In this document: positions 1-12,292 of the stretch, piece after piece
How positions within the stretch are numbered: position 1 is the stretch's first letter
Layout of the letters: the number at the start of each line of letters is the position of its first letter
Assembly: GCA_964106915.2 (NCBI GenBank)
Contig: OZ066923.1
Length of the DNA: 64,000 nucleotides
Strand: one strand, 5' to 3'
DNA from: Podarcis gaigeae
Lineage: Eukaryota
Made by a program: the position numbers and the translations under genes
Notes under the pieces: model-generated
Database searches by the model: none
What the model was told of the DNA's origin: nothing
The model's input: only the letters and a program-made list of their open reading frames with translations

Positions 1-1374
1 CCCAGCACCACCTTCTGTGACCAATTTTCCAGATAGGAATGAACCACTGGAGAGTAGTACCACATAGGTATAATCTCTAAATGAACACAATAATACACCA
101 GTCTTTTTATTTTAAATTTGTTTTTCAAAAGATTCTAGAGATTTCACTGGAAGCAGATTGATAGATACTGTTAAGATGATGCTTTAGAAATATTGGAATC
201 GATTAATGAAGAATAATGGACAGAAGGAGACCTCAAGGCCAAACTCTGGGCACAAGCAGGATTCTCTGCTCTACACTTGAACCTTCCCAAACCTTGCCTC
301 TTTTTAGATGTGGATCTCACCATTTCCTTCAAGTTGTGACCATTGGCAGGGTTGAGGTCAAACAAGCTGGGAGTCAGCACAGCAAAGCTTAGATGTAGCA
401 GGTTGCAGCAACAACAGAATCAGTCCCAACCAACTGACAGGCCGTAAAACTAGATTATCAACCATAATTCACCTAGATTGGGAGCAAGATGCTGTATCTG
501 GGTGTATAAATTAGAACTGGGAGGACAGGTAGGTAGGCATAACTGAGGTGGGACATAACTAAGCAAACATGGGTGGCACAGAGGCACTGCTACAGAGAGA
601 GATGGAGCCTTGGTACCTCTAAACATTTTGGGAGAGTGCAATACTTTGGTGATAGAAGCTGCTCATGATAATATACACAGATTCCCCAAACCCCTCTTCC
701 TAGTATCTACCATTCCATTGCCATTTCACCTTCTGGAGTTTATCCCAGGCCGGTGGGGGGGGGGGGACGACTGCAAGGGAGGCTGAGGAAAAAACATACA
801 TTTAGACTGATTCAGTGTAGAGTTATTCAATAAATTCACATATTTTGTTCTGTTGCATGTATAAATTAGATGCATTTCCCTTCTTTTAAGTAATGAATTA
901 AAATATTGAATAGCACTAGACCTGGTAAGACAGATTCTGCCCCCCCCTTGAAGTTTAACGGTGATTTATTAGTTCATAAATTTTACTTGAGGTGTGATGT
1001 TCCAGCCTATTCACTACACATAATTTATTATTTTTATTTATTTCATAAGATGTATACACTGCTTGATTGTAAGTAAAAAAAAAACCTCAAACATGAAAAC
1101 CAATAAAAAATTACCACCACACTCAAAAAACATTCAAAAGTTAAGTTTTAAAATTGTCGCACGCCACCCCAATCTCTGAGCACTACGAGATTCCAGGGGT
1201 TCCAGGCGCTTACCCAGGGTTCGTGTTTCATTTTGGTAGCAAGGCAAAGCAGAGACTATGGTGTCTTTATGATATATTTATACAACCTGAGCATGAGATG
1301 GAGGGGTTCACAGCATCAAAACCCCAAGAGGACCTTGCTCCCCCCATTGCCACAGCCTTGGAGTCAAACAGAAA

Positions 1375-1470
1375 TCCTGAGGCCCTCCAGACATTGCTGG
1401 TACAGCTTCCATTATCCTTGGATATTGGCCATGATAGTGACAACATCTGGAGGGCACTAGTTCCCCATCC
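1375..1470. mobile_element. degenerate palindromic hAT-type MITE
   Basis: GCCCTCCAGA...CATCTGGAGGGC inverted repeat, same family as 45365-45500. Confidence 0.55.
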
Positions 1471-3825
1471 CCACCCCAAGCCCAGGTATGGTAGTATTCT
1501 TTTACTTTGTCATAACATACCACTGTTTTCCTGTCTAGTGTGCTAAAGCTTTGTGCCGTTTGGGTGAAGCAGACCAGGTATTATTTTTTTCCTAATGATG
1601 AGATCAGTTGAATGCTTCACAGACAGTGAAGCATTACCAAGGGCGCAAATACTTTTTACAAAACTCTCTGATATCCCGACCTTCTTCAGAAGAGCATAGG
1701 ACTTTGGCAGGAGATAAGTTTTCTCAAATCTTTCTATTTGGTACACCCACAAACACATTTCAGGAACTGCCTATGAAGATGGACATTATTTTTTGCATGC
1801 AAAATAATTTGAGGAAGAATGGTTCATTTCCCCCTTATTTAAATTTGTTATGTTTTGTAATGAATTGTTTTAATGGTCTTTTCTGTTATCTGTTGCTTAT
1901 TGTGAGCTGCTTTGGGCACAGTCCACTGTGGAAAAGCAGCAGAGACATGAAAATAAACAGAAAATTTAGGAACTGCAAGCTGTACTAGGACTAGACCGAA
2001 AGGGAGTGATGTGTCAGTATTCTTGCTTGGGTTTGTCTCTGTATCTTCCCTCTTACTGAAGATGATTTCCTGGCTCCTGCTTGTGCTGCTCACACATCTC
2101 CATCAAAGTTTGAGAGCAACGTAAGTTAAGCTTCACTGAAAATAGGCTTGAGAGAAATAACTGGGATGGGGAAAGAAGCACAGACAAAAGGAGCAAGAGA
2201 CAGCAGTGGTGTTCCACAATCCTGCTGTCCTTCGGTGTTCTGTGTAGTAGCACATACCCGAGGAGAGACGTACCTTCCTGTCCTTTTCAGCAACTAGGTC
2301 CGGGCCACAGTTGCCTGGATTTTACACCCCTTCTATGTCACCATATCGTAAGTAATCTTATGGATCACTTTCAGTAGTCCAGTCCACTACAAGTGTCATA
2401 TAAAGACCAATTCACACAAGTGGTGGAATGCTCTGATTTGCTCTGTCCTTTTAACCTTAATAAAACAATTCTTGTGATGAACGGACTAACAGAACTGTCT
2501 GTCGCAAGCACAGACCAGAAAACCCTTGGAAAAGTAAACGTAGCAGGCATTCAATATTACAGTATGTGCGCTGCTCAGGTGAGGCGTTTCCTACAGGCAC
2601 TTATAAAAAACCAAGCTAGAAGAAGCAAGCCATGTGTCCAGTGGTCTTGTGAACTGATTGTTCACCTCTCCTACGAAGAGGGAAAGGAAAGAACACGGAA
2701 CCCTCTCGCTTCTCTACGTTTTACAAAGGAATGAATATGTGAGGAAGGTGCTGCTGTTTATCCCGGGGGTCTGCAGAGAAAGGCTCAAGTGTATACACAC
2801 AACATACCGAACGACGGAAGGCTCTCCTAGTCTATACATTACTTTACTGTGACCCCCCCCCCTGCCTTAAGAGAGCATTATGGATTCTTGTACGAAAGAG
2901 CGCGGTGGCAAATCACGATAAAAACATAGGCGTAGCGTTATAAACCAGACTCGCGGCATTACAGGGAATACGTATCAGTCCCAGCACAATGCTACCCCAC
3001 GTCTTTTCGCGTAATAAAGCCCTCCCCCCGCAGTGAATTTTCCTTCTTTACGAGGAACAGACATGGATGTTGGCAGGAAAATGCAATTGTGCAAGATCGC
3101 TTGATAAAAAGACCTCTGCGCCACCACCTTGAGGCTGTGTGATGATTTTGTTCTCATACTATCACAGGTTACGGCTCATGTCCTATGTCTATATGTGCAC
3201 GTACACCCTGAGTCGTCGTCCTCATCACATCGGTGTGTGTGTGTGCCTGCACCGTACACGAGAAGCTAGAAGGCCGGCCAAACCCTGCTCTCTTCCGCCC
3301 CCCCCCCACCAAACCACCCCTCGGTTGTGACTCCGGGCCGCTGTCTTTGCAGCAGCAAAGGAGGGAAGTGAGGATCAGGGCCTGTCTTCCTACGGAGGGC
3401 TTCCGATGCGTACCGTGGGCAATACCAGGTCCAGAGTACACAAGCTCAGCGCCCCCCTTCCCCCATTACAATAGGCCTGTCCCAAGCAGCAACCTCGCGG
3501 TCTATTTTGGCCGACAGAAAACATAAGTAAAGGCGGGGGGAAGCGGGCGAGCAGCTTCTCCTTCCCCTTTAAGAGGCGGAGGCGAGAGAGTTTGCGGAAG
3601 GGATCGCTCCGGGAGCGCAAGGCGAGTGGCTGAGCAAGTCTCGTGACCGCAGCTGACCCCGCCTCGGGTTCTCCCCCTCCTCGGCCCTCCGCGTTCCATT
3701 GTGTGTGCGAGCTGCGTGCGTCCCCGCCTCTCCTTTTTCTGGCCACGCCCCTTTTTTCTCTTGGCTCATTTCCGGCCGCCGCCGCTCGCTTCCCTCTGAG
3801 GAATCGGGAGAGTGAAGAAACAACA

Positions 3826-3845
3826 GCCGCCATTTTGTTTGTGTG
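3826..3845 (+). promoter_or_regulatory. YY1-type motif, probable distal transcription start region
   Basis: GCCGCCATTTTG followed by TTTGTGTG, resembling the recalled 5' end of the long human EP300 cDNA (not aligned). Confidence 0.5.
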
Positions 3846-5327
3846 TGAGCGACTGAGGGGAGGGAGCGAACGAGAGGGACCGAGCTGGGCGGGTAGAGCC
3901 TGGGAGGTGGAAAAGCAACGACAGAGACCGACAGCCGCTCAGGGCCCCTGGCCGGCCAGACCTGAGGGAACCCGAAACCTCCGTGATACACCCCCTACAC
4001 CAGCCTCGCAGCCAGTAGGGGAGTACGCACTCCCGGCTTCGGCTAGTGACTCGGGACCCCGGGTGGACCCCACCCACAGCCTCTCCTGGCTACTGAGCCC
4101 GTTCGCGGGGTCAGGAGGCCGCCTGGCTCCGGTTTGGAAAGCTGTTTCTTTTCTCTGCGCCCCCCCTTCCCTCTTCCCCAGGTCCTACATGGCGGACATG
4201 AGACGGAGCCGCTCCAGAAACGCCTGAGGCATCGCGTCTTCGGTTCCGAGGAGAGTCTTCTCCTCTCCGCAGACCAAGCGCTCGCAACCATCCTTATCCC
4301 CCAGGGAGGGGGAAGAGGCAGAGAGAAGGGGGGGAGGGGCCGCCGCCGCCGCCGCTGCTTTCTCCTCCTCCTGCTCTGGGATCGATCCCTCCATCTGACC
4401 AGAAGGGGGGCACCCTGCTACAGAGAAAGAAAGGAAGAAAAGGTGGGGGCGCGGGGTGCGAGTCCTGAAGCCCACCCTCTCCAGCCCCCATCCCGGGATC
4501 TCTGCTGCCTCCATCGGGACAACAACCCCTCCTCCGCCTCCTTGTTCCTGCACAACAAGATGTGAAGCGGAGACTCCTGGGACTTAGCTTCATCCTCCTC
4601 CTCCTGCTCCTTACGGCTCCCCTTTCTGCAGCCATTAGTGACTGGCGAGAAAGGCGCAGGGGGAGTTGGGGACCCTCGACACGCTCCGTCTGTGACCCCC
4701 TTCCCCAGTCCCTTTTTCACTAGCAGTGGGCATTTCTCTCCCCCCCCCCCCCGCATTGCAAGCTGGTTTTTGGAAGGAGAGGGAAGGAACTGCGAGCAGA
4801 GGAGAGAGATTCTTTCTCCTTTTTTTCTCCTCTCCTCCTTCGCCCGCCTCCTTGTGGCGATGAGGAGGAGGAGGACGACGCCGAGGAGGAAGAGGTTGAT
4901 GGCGGCGGCGAAGAGGCAGCAGGAGGAGGAGAAGACGACGACCCCCCGGAGGATGAAGATGGTGGTGTTGGCGGCGGCGAGGAAGCACCAGCAGCCCCAC
5001 AGCCGGATTTAATTCGATTTGTAAACCCACCAACCCCGCATATTTGTGTTTGGAGAAGGGTTTGTTCCGTTCTTTTCATCCTTGTTTTTCCCTGTGGGCC
5101 GGAGGAAAGACTGCTTCCACACCCTATTTCCCATCTCTGTTCCCCCTTAGTCGCTGCTACCCAGCAGAGATAGATCCCGAGGGGCAGAAAAAGAGGAACT
5201 TTGTCCCTTTCTTCTTCAGTTCCTTCTCTTACTGTTGTTCGGTTGATTCCGGATCCAAGAAGAAGGCTGACGACTTTGACGAACCCCATCTTTAATTTGG
5301 GCTCTGTTTGTCTAAAAAGAATTAAAA

Positions 5328-5421
5328 ATGGCCGAGAATGTGGTGGAGTCGGGCCCGCCTTCAGCCAAGAGGCCTAAACTCTCCTCACCGGCGCTCTCTG
5401 TCTCTGCAAGCGATGGCACAG
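5328..5421 (+). CDS. EP300: p300 exon 1 (MAENVVESGPPSAKRPKLSSPALSVSASDGT)
   Basis: AAAAATGG start context, 94 nt, donor GTCAGT, NLS-like KRPK. Confidence 0.97.
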
Positions 5422-8400
5422 GTCAGTCTCTCTTGCTTTTACCTCACTGCATATGGGTCCCTTCCCTTTCCTCTTGAATGTCCCCATGTTTTGCACAGTC
5501 TGTTGTCTAGTACCCTTCTTATACTCTCTCTTTTTGCCTTTCTGTGTACCTACTTTTCTCTGCACCTTGCTGCATTAATCACATTGGGTGTTTAATTGCT
5601 GCTGCTGCCCTTTCATTGAAGAGGCTATAAGCATGTCTGTGTTACTTGCTTGCCCGTTTCACTGTTCTGCAGCAAATGAAACCTTTGTTAAAAAAAACAC
5701 CAACAATCCTAAACTCTAGTTATAGTGTAAATCATTACACAACTGTTATCTACATTTTTGTGCATGTAGAGTCCTGATTTTTGTAAAATCTTGCTTTTTA
5801 AAGATGAGGCATTCAGTCTTGAATTTTTTTTTTTTGCTCTGAGCAGTATTATGATGGATAGTTTGTTTCCTCCACCATTTCTTTCATAACCACAAAGCGT
5901 TCTTAAATGCCAACATTTCTGTTTGATCAAGAGTCGTAATATTAATTGGCGAATAATGTTTGTCTTGACATTTTGTTAAATAGTTCACCTGATTTGCCTT
6001 GAGAAACTATGGAGCCACCTTTTTCTTTTGCATCTTCTACTTCCTTGCTTTGAGACCAAAATGTCTGAAATTCCCATATAGTCTCTCTGCATGTGTGAGG
6101 ATGAGTACAACTATTCTTAACTCTTCTGTCTGTATTTTAATATGATATTTCTTGAGGTTCAGATAAGCCAGCTAGTTAGAACTCTAGAACTCCTTAGAAA
6201 TTATGGATGCAAGTTACAGGTGTTCATTTGGTAACAAACGTTTACTGGTTGTTTTAGAAGTTCAGGGAACTAAATCACTGTAGAATGCAAGTACTGGTAT
6301 TGCTTTTCTGAAGGTATAGGTATGGGGAGTAAGTAATCAAACAGTGCAGTAGTTCGTAACTTACTTTATTAGAGGAGAGGAGCTCTTCAGCCACATATCT
6401 GGGCGTTGTGATTAATGATGGTAGCCAGTTTTGTACATTGAACTTGTTAGCACTACTTCATATATGAAGTCGGGGGAAATGGCTGATATTATTTGATGCA
6501 TAACAAGTTGTTTTCATTTTCTTGTCTTTTAGTTTGAATACTGGTTGGTTTAGCATAATTCAGAAAGCTGTTTTAAGCATTTGGTGCTGAGCAATGTTTT
6601 TTCTTGAATCCACTCTCCTTATGAGCACTGTAGTAAGTTTAGGAACTTGATTTCAAATGAAGCAGCATTAATTACACCATTTATTGGGATATTGCACTTA
6701 CCTGAAAATCAACAGGTTCCATTGTACTGGTAAGCAGAATTAGAATCTCTGGCCAAAAAGCAAATACTACATAGGTAATGCAGTATATACTCGTTTCTGC
6801 ATACTATGCTACAGAGTGGTATTTAGATTCATGTCAGGTCATTCTCTTAGACAGAACGAAGCTATGTAGTTAAATCTTAAAGCCTGCAACCCTATGCACA
6901 CTGTAAGAGTAGTTTTAATTTTTGAGTGGACATGCCTGTGCTTAAAAGTCAGTGCAATCTTGCACATATTTACTCAGAAGTAAGTCCTATTTTGAGATTC
7001 CTAACCATGTCTACTCAGAAGTCTTATTGAACTAAATGGAGTTTACTCCCAGATTACAGGGGTTAGGATTACAGTGAATATGCTCAAGATTGCATCCTTT
7101 ATGTAGTTGTGTTCAGTGAATGATTCCTTTGCCTATGAGAATTGCATTACTCTTAATAACCAGTAAGCATATTTTAGTTGTTTTGTTCTTTTATAATATT
7201 GGTAAGCTATCACATATCTTCCTACCTTATTTGAGAAGTATACTAGACAAATCTTAGTGTCTTGTAATGGTTACTTGGTTTGTTTACTAGGCTTGTTACC
7301 TCCTTTAAAAAGGTAATTATTGACTAGTAATAAATGATCTATAATGCCTATTTTGATTGAATCCTCAGTGAAATACTAGTCAACTGGAGATGTTAAGTGT
7401 AACGTTAATTTAGCTGTGTTTGAAGAAATGCTAAGTATATTCAGCATACTGCAACCAGGGCTAGTCAAATTTAATCTCCAGAAGTACTTTATCTAGAGGT
7501 TGGATTGTACAGATACATTACTTCATATTTAGAATGTGGAAATATAGTTACTCTTACTTTATGTGTTCAGAATATGGACATACAGAGAAGTAATTTAAAA
7601 TATACTAACATGTTGTATGGTAGTAAACCTCATTTTGGAAACAAACTAGTGGTCTTCCCCCCTATAATGCTGCGTCACAGTGCTGCATCTTTTTCTAGCT
7701 AATAGAAGCCCTAGCTGCCTTATTTCTGTGTTCTTGTTTTGATGCCTTAAAACATATTTAATACAAGTTTAAAAGCATATATAGTTGTAGAATACTTCAT
7801 ATTAATGCTGAAATCATTAGAGTATATGGAGATATTAATGTTGGAGAAAAAAGACTGTTGATAAATAGAAACATTTCTAGATATGTCATTGCCATAAGAA
7901 TAAAGTTGGCAATTTGTGCAGCTTTTCTGTGTGTATGCTGAACAGCAGTATTATTGCTTAGAATTCCCACATTGCCTGTATTGACTGCTATCAGAACTCC
8001 GGAATACGGTGCTTCCCCCTTTCCTCAAACAAATGAGTTTTGCTATAGTATTATTAATAGCTTTCATATTGAGTGGAAGGAGATGTCTTTTCATTATTTG
8101 ATTATAACAAAGTTGTGTGGTCCTGTATGAGCTCAGCTGAAAGCAGGTTAGAACACAACACAAGCATGTGCTGCATTGAGAGAGAACACAACTACTGTAT
8201 GCCATATCCATAAAGAAGTGCATTGTGTTATGAAAGCTCTTATTAAACCTACAGTATATGTTTTAATTTAGTTGTGTTTTGTGAAATGAAATACACATTT
8301 GAGAATTTTAGTTAGTGTAAACCTATAAGGTTGCATTTCAGTTGTCTTTCTGAAGGTTAGGTATGTAAAGAACTCTTGAGTAAAAATTGGAATACTGTAT

Positions 8401-9276
8401 CATCCAGATACATACAGTGCTGATGTTGGGAAATGAGGCAGAAAGTAGGTAACGGACCTGCATTTTAAATCTGCTGCTTCTGTTTGGTATGTGACTGATT
8501 TTACAGACTATCATTTTACAGAAACAATTTGTTTCTGTCATCTTGGCTACTTTGCAGCAACAGGCAAAACTAAATGTGTGCAGTGTACATTCAGAATAGC
8601 TTTGCAGGTACACAGCTATTCAGATTCTATGTCAGGACCCAAATAGGTGCTTTAAGCATACTCAAGGGCTTCATGGAATTTTTTTACTGCACCTATGTGC
8701 TTTTGAACTGTTCCTCAGTTTCAAATCGATTTTGGAATGGAGTAGGATCTCCTGTTTGAAAAACACAGAAACCCCTTACCTTTGAGATGTATTAATTCCA
8801 GTATCATAAATCCTTGTCGTTAATCTCATTAGCCTTACTTTTCTGTTTGTGCATTAAACTTCTTGTTGTATGCTTATTTCTCTGTCTGTGTACCTAACTA
8901 GAATTATTATTCTGATCTTCAAAATGTATAGCATTATACTCAGTCATGTTCAAAGTTGTGTTTTTCTTCTGACAAATAAGCATACTTTCAAATGACTGAA
9001 GTATGATTTGTATTTCATACTTAATTTGGTGTATGTGTGCCTAATTTAGAACAATTCACTTCAATCATTCTTTTGATATCAGTTTGTTTCAGAGGTTATT
9101 GGAAACAGTATATCCCAGCTGCAAAATTCATAAGAATGAGCTGGAAAAGGTAGAACAAAATGGGAAAATTTAGATGACTGCAAAGTATAAGTTATTTAGT
9201 ATACGTTTTAGCTTTCTCTGTGAAAGATGGGAATAGAAAGCTACTGTAAACTATTAGTTACTATTGTACCACTGGC

Positions 9277-9277
<1 letters not shown>

Positions 9278-9316
<39 letters not shown>
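9278..9316. repeat. (AC)n microsatellite
   Basis: About 19 AC units. Confidence 0.95.
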
Positions 9317-9321
<5 letters not shown>

Positions 9322-11899
9322 GGCTGTAGTGCATTTACCAACCTTGTGTATAAGGAATAGTTCATCTTTTTCTTTCTCACTGCTTTGGCACCAATGCTGG
9401 TAGTTCCCTTCATGTCAGGAGAGTTAAGACTGCAGGTAAAGTGGATAGTGGAGGAGACCAATCTCTGTACTCCTCTTTACTTCTCCTGTCGCTTTCACCA
9501 CATAGCAGGAATACCATGCCATTGTCCTTGGGATCAGGAGCACTGGGGAGAGGTGGCAGAGGGTTCTTGTCTTTTTTCATAGCAAGCAGTTGAGCCTAGA
9601 GACCATTTCCCCAGTGATGAATACCTTTGACCTGGGAGCCCAGCAGAAATGGTGGTAATAAGCAGTGAAGCTTTAGTTTTGGACTACAGGCATTTGGAAA
9701 TAGAGCAAGTAGTTCTGGCAGAATTATAATATTTTTATAAGCAATTTAATGTCCAGTGTTCCTTACTGTTTTCTAATGTAGGGAGTTAAAAAATGTAAGC
9801 TAGTTTTATAGAGTGTAGCTCTTGATGTCCTTATTTCAGTGTGCATGCATGTATCGCTGGATTTTAGCAATTGTAAGGTAACTATTAAACAATACAGAAG
9901 AATACTAAGTTGCAATCCCTGAAAACTCACATATCGAAGTAAGTGCCAGTGAAATCAGTGGTGCCTTAATGCCAAGTAAATATGATTAAAATAGTGCTTC
10001 ACAACACTATTCAATTGTGGCACCGTAAATAGTGTATCTACTTCCAAATGGTGGTGTCCCAGTGTGTTTCACACACTTAAGACTGCTTTTTAAAGCTTTT
10101 TACATCATTAGTATCATCAGTACTATCATGTCATCCAAACAAAAGCTAAACAGTTTGCGGATGGGGGCAGACTAATTGTTAACAAGTCACTAGAAATAAT
10201 ATGTTTGACAGACTTTCCTAAACCAATCTCATTTATCACTGATCAATACTAATGCAAAAGTTTATACTAGACCCTGTAGAAAACATATTTCTAAGTATGT
10301 TGTAGGAATTGGAAGCATTCAATACTCTAGGTGTATAAAATCAAACTAGTAGCTGCATAAATAATCAGAGCGATATTGTAGGTGAAGCATCCCTCCAAAT
10401 AAAATAAAACACTGAGTTTTGGATCACAATGACAATTCATCTGTAGTATGTGGATGATTGAAGAACAAACTTTTACTTACTAAGTTATATTTAGTGTTAA
10501 AGCATTTGTTTTGCAAGGGAGCAGCAAAATTTACTTAGTTGTGACACCTGAAAGACTAAAGTTGCAATAGACGCTCAGCACTACATCAGGTGCTGCTGGG
10601 CATTGTGATAAATGTTTAAATGGCTCAAACCACCAGGTAAGCTTGTTAGGCAGCCCACCAGAGCTAGTCCTGCTGTAATTCTGAACACATTTGACTGTAA
10701 GACATATAATTGCACAGTAAAACCTGTTGTCCCATAGGCTTTTATATACCAGAGCCCACTTTATGAAATGCATGGTATTATCCTTAGTTGTCAGATATGT
10801 AGTAGCCCTAGAGATGTAAGAGTAGGACCAGGAGTTCTTATCAAATTTCCATGCTGAGTTGAATGTATATGCAAGAAGCTTGCTGATAAGTTAATAGTTT
10901 CCTGATTAGCCCTTCATTAGGAGCTTAGCAGTCAATTTATAGTTGATGTAAAAAAGAAGTTTTTTTTGGGGGGGGTCTAGAAAATACAAGTAACCTCTCA
11001 TTGCTCTATGATTGGGGAACTTAAAAAAAAAAACTTGAGAGAGAAGCAATAGGCTTCTGCTTTGTTTTGGTGTAACTTCAGAGGAACATACTGAAAAATC
11101 ATGTTATTTGCATAGGAGATGCTCGAATCTGGTTTCTGTTCATAGATCCTAAATGACCAAAGGCAAAACAGAACTTTCTGAGGTTTTGCTGTTGAACATC
11201 CATATCTTTCTCCCCTTAAAGAATAATGTGCAGGACTTTGCTTGAACTCATCCCAAGAACATGAGAAGTTATGGGTCATTTGTACTAGTTTCAATTCACC
11301 AGGTAATCATAAGCAGTCTTGTACAGCCTTTGAATAAGCCCCTTATAAAAGTAGTTTCCAGGCTATTTTCTCTTAAGGCAGCAGCAGCTACTGCAGGCAA
11401 CTAGTTAGGGTTTGGTTCATAGCTTTCTCTGAGTCTCAGCCTCTTGTAAAGGGCAGTGTCTTTGGAAGGAGCTGTTATCTCCTGTTGATAAAGACTTGCA
11501 TGCATGGACTGTCTGCATACTAGTCACTTTCTTAATTTACTGGGACTTGATTTGCAAAAAAGGTATTGACTGCAGAGCTCTCTGCACAACAAAGCAGGAG
11601 TCATCTGGTATAAAGTACTAGCTCTAACTTAGTTTGGTTAGCACTGAATTGAACATATCCAGTAGATTTAACTTTTAAAGGAATAAACTCATGCTGAGAA
11701 GTGTAATGTAAATTTTTGGTTCTGACTTGGCATCTAATCGCCTGGAGGCAGATCCTAGTCACCACCAGTGGCAGTAACTCACTTTCTGATAACTGGTGTT
11801 CACTTGGGGCACATTTAGTGTCTCACATGAACCTGCCCTTTTCTGAGCTTCCCTGCTTTCTGAAATGAGGTTGGTGGTGATTAGGGAAAGGGGCATGTT

Positions 11900-12084
11900 T
11901 TACATGTGCGCTACCATGTATATGCGCATTGTAGAATCCAGAAATGACCCGGAAACGTCATAAAGATGTCATTAAAAGGGTGAGGTGGAACGGGTTGTTT
12001 GCAGGCTTTGTCAATAGGTTTCAGTTATACGCAACGGGTGCAGTGCCTCAGAATGTAACCCCCGTGTAAACAGTGGACTGCCTG
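11900..12084. mobile_element. probable one-ended Tigger-like MITE remnant
   Basis: Ends in GGACTGCCTG+TA, a typical CAG-type TIR followed by a TA target. The other end was not found. Confidence 0.4.
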
Positions 12085-12292
12085 TAAAGCAGTCAGAGTT
12101 GCAGGATGGTAATGAAACAGGAAAGTGACCCATAGTTATTAGTTGCATTTCATGGCCTTTTGGCGCTACTGTTCACAACTTTTCCTCTCTGGCAATTACA
12201 TATAATTGGTATAGTTGAGGATAGTGTTTCACAAATCTAATGAAGTAGACTCTGGTTGTTGGTTGCAACAATGACAGCACTACCATGAAATA

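Larger units (their letters stand above)
2880..5425. promoter_or_regulatory. EP300: CpG island / EP300 promoter and long GC-rich 5' leader
   Basis: CpG density and GC content rise abruptly against CpG-poor AT-rich flanks. GC boxes, an ETS-like ATTTCCGG (~3768-3775) and a YY1-type GCCGCCATTTTG (3826-3837) are present. The island ends at the exon 1 donor; boundaries are approximate. Confidence 0.85.

Noticed and set aside
3390-3833. Minus-strand ORF MAAVVSSLSRFLRGK... (147 aa)
   Set aside because: The ATGGCGGC start coincides with the YY1 motif, the product is low-complexity CpG-island translation and I recognise no homology. A divergent non-coding transcript is not excluded.
4780-4850. Orthologue of the miR-1281 annotated near the human EP300 5' end
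   Set aside because: Only a low-complexity purine/pyrimidine tract is present, with no convincing mature sequence or hairpin.
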